A stretch of 64,000 nt of DNA from Spirogloea muscicola (taxonomy: Eukaryota). A model generated the notes under the pieces. That model did not search any database and was not told the origin of the DNA. It saw only the letters and a program-made list of their open reading frames with translations. The position numbers and the translations under genes were made by a program. Below are positions 1-14,302 of this stretch, one piece after another; within the stretch, counting starts at the first letter, position 1; every line of letters starts with the position of its first letter. The stretch lies in the NCBI GenBank assembly GCA_009602725.1, contig WELB01000007.1, forward strand, positions 7,032-71,031, written 5' to 3'.

Positions 1-403
1 CCCTCCCTCCTGCCATTGCTGCTTCCTCACCCTCCTCTAGCAGCTCCACAAGCGGTACAGGTCGAGTCGACATGGCCCCCATCAGAACGGCTCCCCCCGC
101 TCTGTGGCACCTCCGGCCCTCCTTTCCCCCACCCGCCCTCCCTCCTGCCATTGCTGCTTCCTCAACCTCCTCTAGCAACTCCACAAGCGGTACAGGTCGA
201 GTCGACATGGCCCCTGTCAGCACGGCTCCCCCGCTCTGTGGCACCTCCGGCCCTCCTTTCCCCCACCCGCCCTCCCTCCTGCCATTGCTGCTTCCTCAAC
301 CTCCTCTAGCAACTCCACAAGCGGTACAGGTCGAGTCGACATGGCCCCTGTCAGCACGGCTCCCCCGCTCTGTGGCACCTCCGGCCCTCCTTTCCCCCAC
401 CCG
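1..403. repeat. Tandem repeat, three ~134-135 bp units (may continue left of the window)
   Basis: Unit CCCTCCCTCCTGCCATTGCTGC...GTCGAGTCGACATGG...CCCCCACCCG restarts at 1, 136 and 270. Confidence 0.95.
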
Positions 404-413
404 CCCTCCCTCC

Positions 414-709
414 TCAATCGACGTACACGGAGCCTTAGGCACGAAATGGCTTGACTTGCTTCACCGCCTTGCGTGGCGTGCAGCGGCCCGCCGCCTCAGG
501 CAGCAGGGCGAGCAGCCCGGCTTCAACGTCGCCGGGTCCCTCGCTCAAGTCTTCTGAATGCGTTTGGCCATCTCGATGCAGCGGTCCCTTGCCTTCGCGG
601 TTCACTTGCGCGCAGGCCGAGCTTTGGCGGCGGCCTCCGGCTTCCGTCAGGGCGACGTCTTCCGCCGGCTAGCTACTCAGACTTGCATCTCCTGACTAGA
701 GGTTACTGA
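414..709 (+). mobile_element. 3'-end fragment of a CRE/NeSL-like non-LTR retrotransposon (restriction-like endonuclease C-terminus), decayed, copy 1
   Basis: Reads SIDVHGALGTKWLDLLHRLAWRAAARR...AQVF*MRLAISMQRSLAFAV, resembling the REL C-terminal pattern (ExxGxxG...L..LA.R....RLSxxLQRxxA); internal TGA could be a CGA decay product. Confidence 0.55.
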
Positions 710-973
710 GCGTTCCCTGGCTGATGTCTTAGTCCTTCATACAACTGACTGCTTCGACTCCGGCTCCTTCAGACCTTGTCCATTCCTTGGGCTGGCTTTT
801 CCCAGCCACCAGTCAATCTGGCCGCGCTTTCTTCCCTCCTGCCATTGCTGCTTCCTTACCCTCCTTTAGCAGCTCCACAAGCGGTACAGGTCGAGTCGAC
901 ATGGCCCCTGTCAGCACGGCTCCCCCGCTCTGTGGCACCTCCGGCCCTCCTTTCCCCCACCCGCCCTCCCTCC

Positions 974-1269
974 TCAATCGACGTACACGGAGCCTTAGGC
1001 ACGAAATGGCTTGACTTGCTTCACCGCCTTGCGTGGCGTGCAGCGGCCCGCCGCCTCAGGCAGCAGGGCGAGCAGCCCGGCTTCAACGTCGCCGGGTCCC
1101 TCGCTCAAGTCTTCTGAATGCGTTTGGCCATCTCGATGCAGCGGTCCCTTGCCTTCGCGGTTCACTTGCGCGCAGGCCGAGCTTTGGCGGCGGCCTCCGG
1201 CTTCCGTCAGGGCGACGTCTTCCGCCGGCTAGCTACTCAGACTTGCATCTCCTGACTAGAGGTTACTGA
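974..1269 (+). mobile_element. CRE/NeSL-like retrotransposon 3' fragment, copy 2 (identical to copy 1)
   Basis: Exact duplicate of 414-709 including the internal stop. Confidence 0.55.
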
Positions 1270-1567
1270 GCGTTCCCTGGCTGATGTCTTAGTCCTTCAT
1301 ACAACTGACTGCTTCGACTCCGGCTCCTTCAGACCTTGTCCATTCCTTGGGCTGGCTTTTCCCAGCCACCAGTCAATCTGGCCGCGCTTTCTTCCCTCCT
1401 GCCATTGCTGCTTCCTTACCCTCCTTTAGCAGCTCCACAAGCGGTACAGGTCGAGTCGACATGGCCCCCGTCAGCACGGCTACCCCCGCACCTCCGGCCC
1501 TCCAAGTATAGGGCGTCACTTCATGTAGCCAATTCTTTGCGCTGCATTCTTAGCACTTGCTGCATTT

Positions 1568-3310
1568 TCTGCCTGAACAATGTATTGACTTGAATTGGCT
1601 TCGCTTCAATATCATGCGCACCGCGCGCCTTCTCTTTCTTTCAACGGTCCCTTGCCCACGCCGTCCACACGCGAGCAGGCCGTGCTATGGCCGCCTCTGG
1701 GTCTTGGCGGAGTGCCTCGTTCCCTGCAGCCAGCTATTCCGACCTGATGTTGGGTTTAGGTTTTGGGTTGGCTTTGCCAGCCCCTCTTCTTTATGGGCGA
1801 GCTCTTCTTCTCTATGGGCGCGCACTTCTCTCGATGTTGCTCACTCGCGGCTACTGAGCTTCCCTTTGCATCGTCCTGTAATTTTGACCGTGGTTTGTAG
1901 TGGAGTCCCTTTTCGGCACCTCTTTCTTTGGCTTTGGACAGTCCATTACTTCTGGGCTGGCTTTGCCAGCCCCTCTTCTCTATGGGCGAGCACTTCTTCT
2001 AATACTTATCCATTTTAGGGCGACGGCTGGCCAGGAATAAGAGTGAACAAATTTCGAAGGGGCCAGAGAAGCGCTGCACACACTAACATAAGGGAGCGAG
2101 GGCTGTGAGAGCCAGCCCAGAAAATGGACGAAGTCCAGAGGGCCGAAAGTCGCCAAACCACACAGCTATGCAAGTGGCTAGAGCGAATGGGAGCTTAGTG
2201 GCCCCTAGTCTGCAGTGGCAAGTTGGGGAGGCCAGCTTCAAGAGGAATGACAAGGGCCGAAAGGAATTGCTCGCCCATGGAGAAGAGGAACTGGCAAAGC
2301 CAGCCCAAAACGGATGGACAGAAGGGCTGGAAGGTGCAAAAACACAGATTCAGTCTGCGTGACTTGTGCAGATGGACGCTCAACCTTTAGTCAGCGAACG
2401 ATTGGAGTAATCAGAGTGCGGGAAATTGTCACTCTGTTGAAACCTGGAGTCATATCCTCCGATCCTGGTAATGATTGTATACAAGGGGGCAATGAGCAGC
2501 TCTTCAGAAGTAAGGCGATGGCTGTGAAAGAGGAAGGCAGCTTTATTAAAGAAGATGGCTCTTCTGAATGGGGCGAGGAATGTAAAGGCTAGCCCAAAGA
2601 GAAATGGTCAAGCTTTAGAGGGGAGCGAGGGCGGTGAAAATCCAGCCCACAAAAGAAAAACTGAGCTTCAACAGAGCCGGAAAGCTTAGGAATGCAAAAG
2701 TAAATGGACACGGTTCAAAGGGGCCGGAAAGCGCTTAATCACACACCAACGCAAGTTGCTGCGACAAATGGGTGCTCAGATTAACTTGGTCAGCAGCCGC
2801 AAGTCAAAGTAGCTTTCAGCCGGGAAATATCACGGCAAGACCCAGAAGCAGCAATGAAAGCGAGGCCTGCCCGCAAGTGGACCGGAAAAGCCTGGAGAAC
2901 CCCTATAGATGTGTATGTGCTTGCCTTTGTACTTGGCCATTTGGCCTACGTTTGGCCTACATTTTTATTACACGGAATTTTCTTATAGAAGAAAGTGCTC
3001 GCCCATTGAGGATAGGGGCTGGTAAAGCCAGCCCGAAAAAGAATGAACAAAATACGAGAAGGGGACCAGGGGAAGCGCTAAGAAAAACAAGCACACAGTG
3101 ACCTGTGTGGTTTACAGGACACTGAGCCTCTTTGGTGGTCTCTTCGCTGACCAACTCCTTTGGACATTGTTCGTGGGCTGGCTGGTCACAGCCCTCTCCC
3201 CCGTCAAAAGAGGTGCTTCTGCATCGACAGCCTGTGGTTGTGAGGGCCAGCCAAAGGAAATAGGGGTTCCAGGAGGATAAAGGGCAGCAGATGCCTTGCA
3301 ATGGCAAAGG
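1568..3310. repeat. Cluster of dispersed palindromic-motif repeat family (GGGCTGGC-n6-7-CAGCC modules), probable non-autonomous DNA element remnants
   Basis: Motif at ~1765, 1953, 3175 (+) and 2101, 2290, 2577, 2630, 3017, 3236 (-). 1570-1640 matches 29990-30050 and the reverse complement of 53133-53205; 2995-3100 matches the reverse complement of 48535-48640. Confidence 0.75.
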
Positions 3311-4170
3311 CGGCCCATGCATGCGGGAAAGCTGATCGAAGACTGATGATTGCTTCACTGAATAAGGGAAGGTTCTTCAGCGGCCAGTAGGCTGCTGCTC
3401 ACCATGCCAGATCAAAGCATGCCCTTGCTCAGCCTTGGCTTTCTGTGCTCGCTGTCTCCTTTCTCTTCCTCAATCTCTATTCTTTGTTATTCTCTCTGGT
3501 CTACATCGCTCCCTCTGCAATGCTAGGAAGCATTTCCTGATCACGGTTCCGGACTGAGCAGTAGCCGGGGTACAATCATGGAGGGGCAAAGCACGAGCGC
3601 TCATTGGCAAGAATACTGTAAAGCGAGCACTGCCTTTGCGGGCAGGCATGTGATAGACAGCCAGTCTACCACTAAGGAACAGTAAGCAGCCTGGCTTATT
3701 TGCAAGCAACCTTGACAACAATGTGCACATACACCGTGTACCACAAAAACAAGGACTGCAAAGCCTAGGCTATGTCCGTGGAGTTGTGAAGGAACCCTTG
3801 TGCTCGTTATCAGATACTGCACATGTACCACTGGGCTCTGCTACAGCGTCCCTCCTATGCTGCTACTTGCAGCTGGTGGGTGGTAATTCCTGGCGCTGGG
3901 ATGACACAGGCCAAGCAGTGGAAAGACTCCTGCGCTACTCAAGTGTCGACCACCAATTGCAAGCCTGCTTGATTGCCGAATGATTTTAAAGCGCTGCAGT
4001 CTTGTTCCTTGTGCTTGAGATGTTGGGCAACACGAAAGAGCACTACGCCTAGCTGTATCCTAGCTGGAATATTGGGAGGAACTGTGCTAAGCTTCTGCCA
4101 TTGAGGTACTAAAGGGAAGAACGACCAGGCCCACAAATATATTGATTGAATTATAAAATTTACTTGAGTG

Positions 4171-6638
4171 TCAGAATTGCAGGTGGCCGTTGGGGGAGAG
4201 CACGACGATGTCAAAAGGCGTCCTCTTGGTGCTTGCGACCTCCATGGCGGCGGCTGCGTCCTCAAGGCCAAATTGCTCCACATGGTATGCGTCTAGCGGC
4301 AGGGCACCCGACTCGATGAGCCGCAGGACCTGTGCAGGCGCCTCGGGACCGTACATGAAGCTGCCCAGGATCTCCAGCTCCTTGACAATCATCCAGCTGT
4401 AGTCCACTGGGACCTGGCAGTGACACAACAGCAACTACGAGTTATTCCACGATGACTAGTCCCATGACCAATCCACGTGGTTTTCTACGTCATTGTTTTG
4501 CGAGGTACACGTTAAATGACATACAGGTTGCCGTAAACCCACGACAACAAAGTGGCACTGACTTGGGTAGGAGCCCTCCAGAGGACTAAACGAAGGTGGA
4601 ACACATCAATTGCTTCTTGCACAAATTCTGCATGTTTCTACCTGACTATATTCCTGTCTTGCCCTGCGGCTTGCTTGGCCCTCTCCTCACCTGCGCAGCA
4701 ACAGCGCCAGCAAACACAGCGCGGCCCCCCTGGGCGAGCATGGCAAGTGCTGCCAAGGTCATCCGCGGTGTCTCCACGTGCTCCTGGAAGTCAACAACCA
4801 GCTCCACTGAGCCCCGCTGCATCGCCTCCTGCAGCTGCTCCTCCACGTCCCTGTGCCACAAGGTGCTCCCAGGCGGACAATTTAGCAACTGTGGGCCACT
4901 TGAGAGGAGCTGACTGGCTCCACACCATTTCCCATGGTACTTAGGAAGATTGACCAGGGATGATGCAGTTGAGGGCTTGCATGCATCTGAGAGCCCTCTA
5001 ACAGGAGCATTTCAAGGCTTCAGTGTTTATTGTCTTGCAGGGTGAGGGTGATTATCAAGGATAGTCCAGTAATGACAACTTTCGGGTTTAAAGTTTCTGG
5101 CTTCTGGGATTGACTGCTTTACATGCTGACTGAACCTATTGGAGCCTGCTCCTAGATCAGTGCAAACACGCCCTTGCTGAGGAGTTGCTGAAGAAGCTTA
5201 GCAACCTGGAGTGGCTGATGGGAACTGCAGTGATGCGATCAGGGCAGATGGCGACCAGCTCCTGAAGCTGACGCTCGCGCCGCCGCCCAACGGCGAACAC
5301 CCGGGCGGCGCCAAGCGCAACTGCCACCTGCACTGCACACGCGCCGAGGATGCCGGCAGCGCCGACAACGAGCACGCGCTCGCCCGCTGCCAGCCGCGCC
5401 CGCTTAAGCGCGCCCAGCGCCTCGCACATGTTGTTGGCCACCACCAGCTTCAGCGGACGCTCTGCACTGCGCCCCCCCGGAAGGCAAATGAGCTTGCCAG
5501 AGGTTGTTGGCTGAACTGGGTGCGGACCTGCCATCAGTGCGCAGTGCAGCGTTGTTGGTGCTCACAGGGAAGGGGGGACAAGCGCGAGGTTCTCGGCAGG
5601 CAGCACGGCTAGCGTGGCCCATGTGCCGTTCTTCCATGCCTCGGTGGCCTTGGACGCCGGTGTGAGCGGGAAGAGCCCAATCAGGATCTGCTGCACCTCC
5701 CCGCATCGGTTGTGCGTCCGGAACAGCGGGTCCAGCAGCACCGTCTGTGGCGGCGCTGCTGAGGGGCACGCTGAGTAAGGAGGTTTTCACAACCGTTCTG
5801 GGTCCAGCTCGCGAGCTGGTAACAGGGGTGAATCTGTCGACGGGCTACTGCTCATATTGCTGCTTCGCTGTGGTGCAGCTTGGCCATTCCAGGCGGAACA
5901 GAAGTCCCCGCACTAAGCTTCACCTAGATCCGAGAACTGACTTCAAGGCTTCAGACTCGGCCAGGGCCGCGGCAGTAGTGGCAACTGCAATTCTCGCCTG
6001 CCGATCGTCGGGTAATGGGCTGTATGCCGGCTGGCTGCGGTGAGTGGAAGGCTAAAGGTGGCAGCGCGGCAATCGCTCACCTGCCCGATGTCGAGGCCGA
6101 CAACGTCGTCGGCCAGCTCCTCGACCGTGCCAACGCACGACGTGCCCGGGATGAGCGGCACGAGCGGCTTCAGGCCGCCGGCGCCCGTGTACACGTCCTT
6201 GGCCGACGCGCTCACGCCTGCACGACCCCCACTGTGAGCAAACACCTGAACCCCTGAATCTTGGACCCAGAATCTTCTGGCAGCCAACGCAACGACTGCA
6301 TTCGCAGAAGAAGAAGAGAGAGAAGGCGCACGGTGCATATGTAAACAAAAGGCTGGCCGATGCAAGCCCATACAGTGTAACGGCAAAAGCAAGTGCCACA
6401 AAAGGGGCACATAAGACGAAGCCCTACGCTAAGGTGGCCGAGGTAACAGTGTGACCTTAGTACCCACAAGCGAGCACAACAGACGGAGTGGGGAGCGGCA
6501 CTGACTGGCGCAGGCGACGGTGATGAGGGCGCCGCCAGGCGGCAGTGGCGAGGCGGGGCCGGTGGAGAGCCGCAGCCCGGCGCCGAGCTCGTCGACGAGC
6601 ACGCACCTGCGCTCGCCCCGCCCGCCGGCCACGCCCAT
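4171..6638 (-). CDS. Medium-chain dehydrogenase/reductase (GroES + Rossmann), ~6 exons
   Basis: Exons: MGVAGGRGERRCVLVDELG (ATG 6638); PLVPLIPGTSCVGTVEELADDV; VLLDPLFR...NGTWATLAVLPAENL; AGERVLVVGAAGILG (NAD(P) GxxGxxG); GRAVFAG; VKELEILGSFMY...HLQF* (stop 4171-4173); GT-AG junctions checked at several introns. Confidence 0.85.
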
Positions 6639-7076
6639 GCCGCCGCCGCCGCCGCCGCCACGCCCTCGAGGAGCCTCGCGCCTGGCGCGCGAGCTGCAGC
6701 TCGGACCAGCAGCAGCGACGAGCCGAGACGTGAGATCTTCCGAAGGGGTGAACCATTTGAGCGCCGTTTCGATTTCGAACGAGTGAACGAGGTCCAACGG
6801 GGCCGAAATGGCGCCAAAACGACGCTAAGGCCCTCCCACCCAATGGGGCTGATCCCGACGAGCGGTGCCGTCCCTGACGTGAGTAGCGGCCTTCACAACT
6901 GCGGCCAATGGCGGCGACGGCGGCGCCGCATCAGCTGGCAGCGCCGGCACGCTCCAAGCGCTCGCTCAGCGTGCTGCCCACAGCCCATCTGAGAACCGGT
7001 GCCGGAAACAGCGGCGACGGTCAGTGAGCGCCGACGCATGCCGGCTCGATGGTCGCGGACGTCGGTACATGTGGTG

Positions 7077-9841
7077 ATGGCGTCTCAGTGGCCACTTGGG
7101 GCACTGGGGCGCCGTGGAGCGGCAGTGCTGCTGCCGCCGCTGCTGGCACTGCTCGTCGGGGTCTCTCTGGCGCTCTACTACGCCGGCGGCGGCCCCCGGT
7201 GCCCAGCAGAGGCCGCCGACGGCCCGGCCGCTGCGGCAGCTGCGGCTGGCGACGTCGCGGTCCCATGGGGCGAGGACCCATTGGCGCAGAGCCGCCAGTG
7301 CGGCACTTGGCAGGCTGAGTACGCCAGCCTTCACCGGGCCACGCTTGCAGGTGTGTCGCCCATCACCGCAACTTGTCTTTCCTTAGCTGCAGCCGGCAGA
7401 TTGCAGCGTACCTCTGTGATAGAGCTGGCTCACGAGGGCCAGCGAGCCATGGTCGTCCTGCCAGGCGGCGCTGGCGCCGGCGCCGGGTTCCTCGTCTACT
7501 ACTGCGGTTCGGATACGGGCGTGGCCCGCCCTTGTGGTGGCGTCGGCGACGAGCTCGTTGGCATGGTCTCCTCCCTCCTCCTCGCCGTCCTCACGCGCAG
7601 GTGTGCGAGCCCACGCACTGAGTTGTCTGTGCTTACCCCCTCTAGGTGTGTAGTTTTACATTCAGGTCTTGGAGGATGAGGGTCAGATGTTACAGGTAGT
7701 ATGTTTCTCTTAATACAATCCCAGCTGGTGCATGGACCCTTGCCCTGAAGTCTTACATTTTTCCAATGACCGGAGGTCTCTCCGAGGTATCAATGCATCC
7801 CTCAGCAGTTGGTCTTGCGAGGGGGTAAAAGGTTTTACTTGAGTGTAGATCCTTGTGCTCAATGTACGCCTCTTATTCAAGTCTCGGCGGATCTTCTTGC
7901 ACAGGGCGCTCATTGTGTATAACCCGCAGATGGACGGTCTCTTTGAGCCCGTTGCTGTTGACTGGCGGTGGGCGGAGCTGCCACGCTCGATGAAGCCGAG
8001 CACGGCTGGCTGGATCAACGCCCGCAAGTGGCGGCCCACCGTGCTTGACAATGGCCGCGTTGGCGTCGCTAACGTACTCAACTTTGGCAGGCGCAAAAAT
8101 GCTCAGAATCTTCACGACATATTTGACTCCCTTAAAGGTTTGCAATCTCCTTGTAGACCAGCAATAGGTAACCCTGCTCGGACCTTTCATTTTGAGACTT
8201 CAGAGATTCAGGGCTTACTAAGTAAGGGTCAAGCATCAAGGAGAGTCCAAGAGTAGAGAGAGGGATGCAAGGGTAGTCGTCAAGTTGCAAGGCAGTGGTC
8301 GTGATGTAAATCACTTGTGACTGCTTCGTTGCCACATTGCCGCATCATGGTCATTTCTACTGTCATTGATGCACGAATGTAAAACCCCAATGCATAAAAT
8401 CAAGCTAGAGCTCCCCAATCCTGATGTTAGAAGTCTTGCATACTAACCAACCTCTGAGATCCTTGCTTACTGAGTTTACCGTGCAATCGAGGTGCTGGCA
8501 GAGCGGCAGTTCATCGTGCCACGTATCAACCGCGGACGTCCAAGCTGCTGCGGGAGACCAGCCCATGGAAGCAGCAGATGCACGCCCTTGGCCTCCTTCT
8601 GCCGGCTGCTTTTGCCTGCCTCACGCGCTTCCTCCTGCGGTGCATGCCTCAGAAGTGCCTGGTCCTGAGCCCTACTGTCTTGGAGATGCACAAGCACAGT
8701 ACCCCATAACCTGGTTATGCCTCAGCAGACTTTGATATGAAGGAGACCGTGAAACAAGCCCAATTTGTGTCGGTGACCCACTGCTACACTCCTTCAATGG
8801 GCATGGACTAATCCAGAGGTGCGCCGGGGGCTGGTAGAGTTAAGCCGGAGCTCCTGGCACCGCAGCAGCACATCATCCAAGAGCTTGCGGACTCAGCAAC
8901 TTTCAGCATTGGCATCCACATCCGGGCGGGCTTCCGCAACGAGACCGGGCATGCGCGGCAGTTCAGCCTGCCAGCGGATGCTGACAAGGACGCTGCTGCG
9001 GTGCGCAAGCTGGCGCTACGCAAATACTTCCAAGACCTCTTCGATTGCGCGCAGGTCACCTCATTTTTCGTTGTACCTAGGCTTTAGGACAGCAATGTGT
9101 CAATTGCCACGAGCTATCCTGCATCGCCTCGCCGACCCCTACAGAATGCCACTTGTCCATCCAAAGTCCTGAGAAGCCTCCACCAACATCCTCAGCTACA
9201 GCGAGCTTGTACGCTGTTGATGTTTTGAGGTGGTCGTATTTACCTCTTCCAGATAGGCAACAAATCAAGTAGCTCTTTCTTTGTGTTTCATGCCAGAGGC
9301 TGGAGGACTTCTGGGCCAGCCCCAACCTGCGCTCGAGGTGGTACGTCATGTCAGACAGCTGGGACATTAAGCAGGCTGCCAAGGACATCTGGGGAAGCAA
9401 GGTGCTCATTCTACTCATAATTTTGTTAAGTGTGTTGCTTTGAGGAGTTTCTCTCAGAAGCTCTTAACGATTACTTCATTCGGCACGTGAAATCAATGGA
9501 CAGCTGTTGAGCATGCACATATGTTGCTGAACACTCCACTACTGTCACACTCCCAGATTTTGAGTACCAACATCACAGCGGTCCACGTCGAAGACACTGG
9601 CTCTCAGACATCGAGGGGCATGCAAGACGTTGGCGTGGAGTGGGAGCTCTTCTCACGAAGCCAGTACTTTATCTTCATTGACTCGGGCCTGTCCAAGTCG
9701 GCAGCAGCCAAGGCACTGCAGCCCCACAACCTGTATGTGCGCAGCTCCTTTGGCAAAAGCACCAACCTGGACACTTGGTGCTCGCCCTGGCTGAAGTCCA
9801 CTTCCATTCACGAGACATCACAGACATGGAGCCTGCTTTAA
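7077..9841 (+). CDS. Type II membrane fucosyltransferase-like glycosyltransferase (GT11/23/37/74-type superfamily); possible internal frameshift
   Basis: N-terminal TM (AAVLLPPLLALLVGVSLALYY); CGGVGDELVGMVSSLLLAVLTRR (GxGx motif); SIGIHIRAG (motif I); WYVMSDS (motif II); VEWELFSRSQYFIFIDSGLSKSAA (motif III); stop 9839-9841. Confidence 0.7.
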
Positions 9842-10423
9842 TTGCACCACGGTCCTGCAGGATACTTTGCAGCAGCTGTTGTGCTTTGAAGTCCTCAGTC
9901 TCCTAGCTACAAGCATTGTTGTGAATGACAGCTCAGCTGTAACTTCATTCTGCACACTACGTGTAGGCAAGTAGAAAGTAGGCTAGTCAGCTATTGGATA
10001 GTGTAACTAGTGGAGCTTCACAAGCTGTTTAGAAAAATAGGACGTGCTTGTAGTAGCCAAGTCGGTTTGTACAGGCTTTCTGACATATACAGATGGATAA
10101 CGAAGTCAACTGATTGAAGAGATTACAGATTATATGTAACAAGAGGTAGAGACTCTCAGCTTGTGACTTGCAAAAAGACCTTGTACAAGAGCCGTAAATT
10201 CAACTGCCAAACGATGCTCATTTAGCGCAGAGCATGACAGAACGGAGCATGTCCTGGAAGTCAAGAAGCAAGCAACCAGCATAATGCCCTGAACAGCTCA
10301 AGCTGCCCAAGGTCCAGCAATGTTGTATCGTGTTCTAAATGGTCTTTAAGTAGTCAAGGTGGACCACTAAAATCCCTGCTTGACACTTCCAAACCTGCAA
10401 ATGTGGTACTGGAGAGAGCAACC

Positions 10424-14301
<3,878 letters not shown>

Positions 14302-14302
14302 N

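Larger units (their letters stand above)
273..1495. repeat. 560-bp higher-order tandem duplication (~2.2 copies)
   Basis: Identical ORFs offset by exactly 560 (451/1011, 473/1033) and identical ORF starts at 776/1336. Unit = one 134-bp monomer + retroelement fragment + piece of the dispersed repeat. Confidence 0.95.

Noticed and set aside
16..1593. Repeated Pro-rich ORFs as host genes
   Set aside because: They are read-throughs of tandem repeats; only the retroelement-like segment has recognisable pattern
1760..3300. Palindromic repeats with variable linkers as a CRISPR-like array
   Set aside because: Irregular spacing, mixed orientation, degenerate repeats, eukaryotic context and no cas-like ORF
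3400..3830. Possible decayed coding sequence on the minus strand
   Set aside because: Multiple stops and no recognisable motif; cannot be supported without a search
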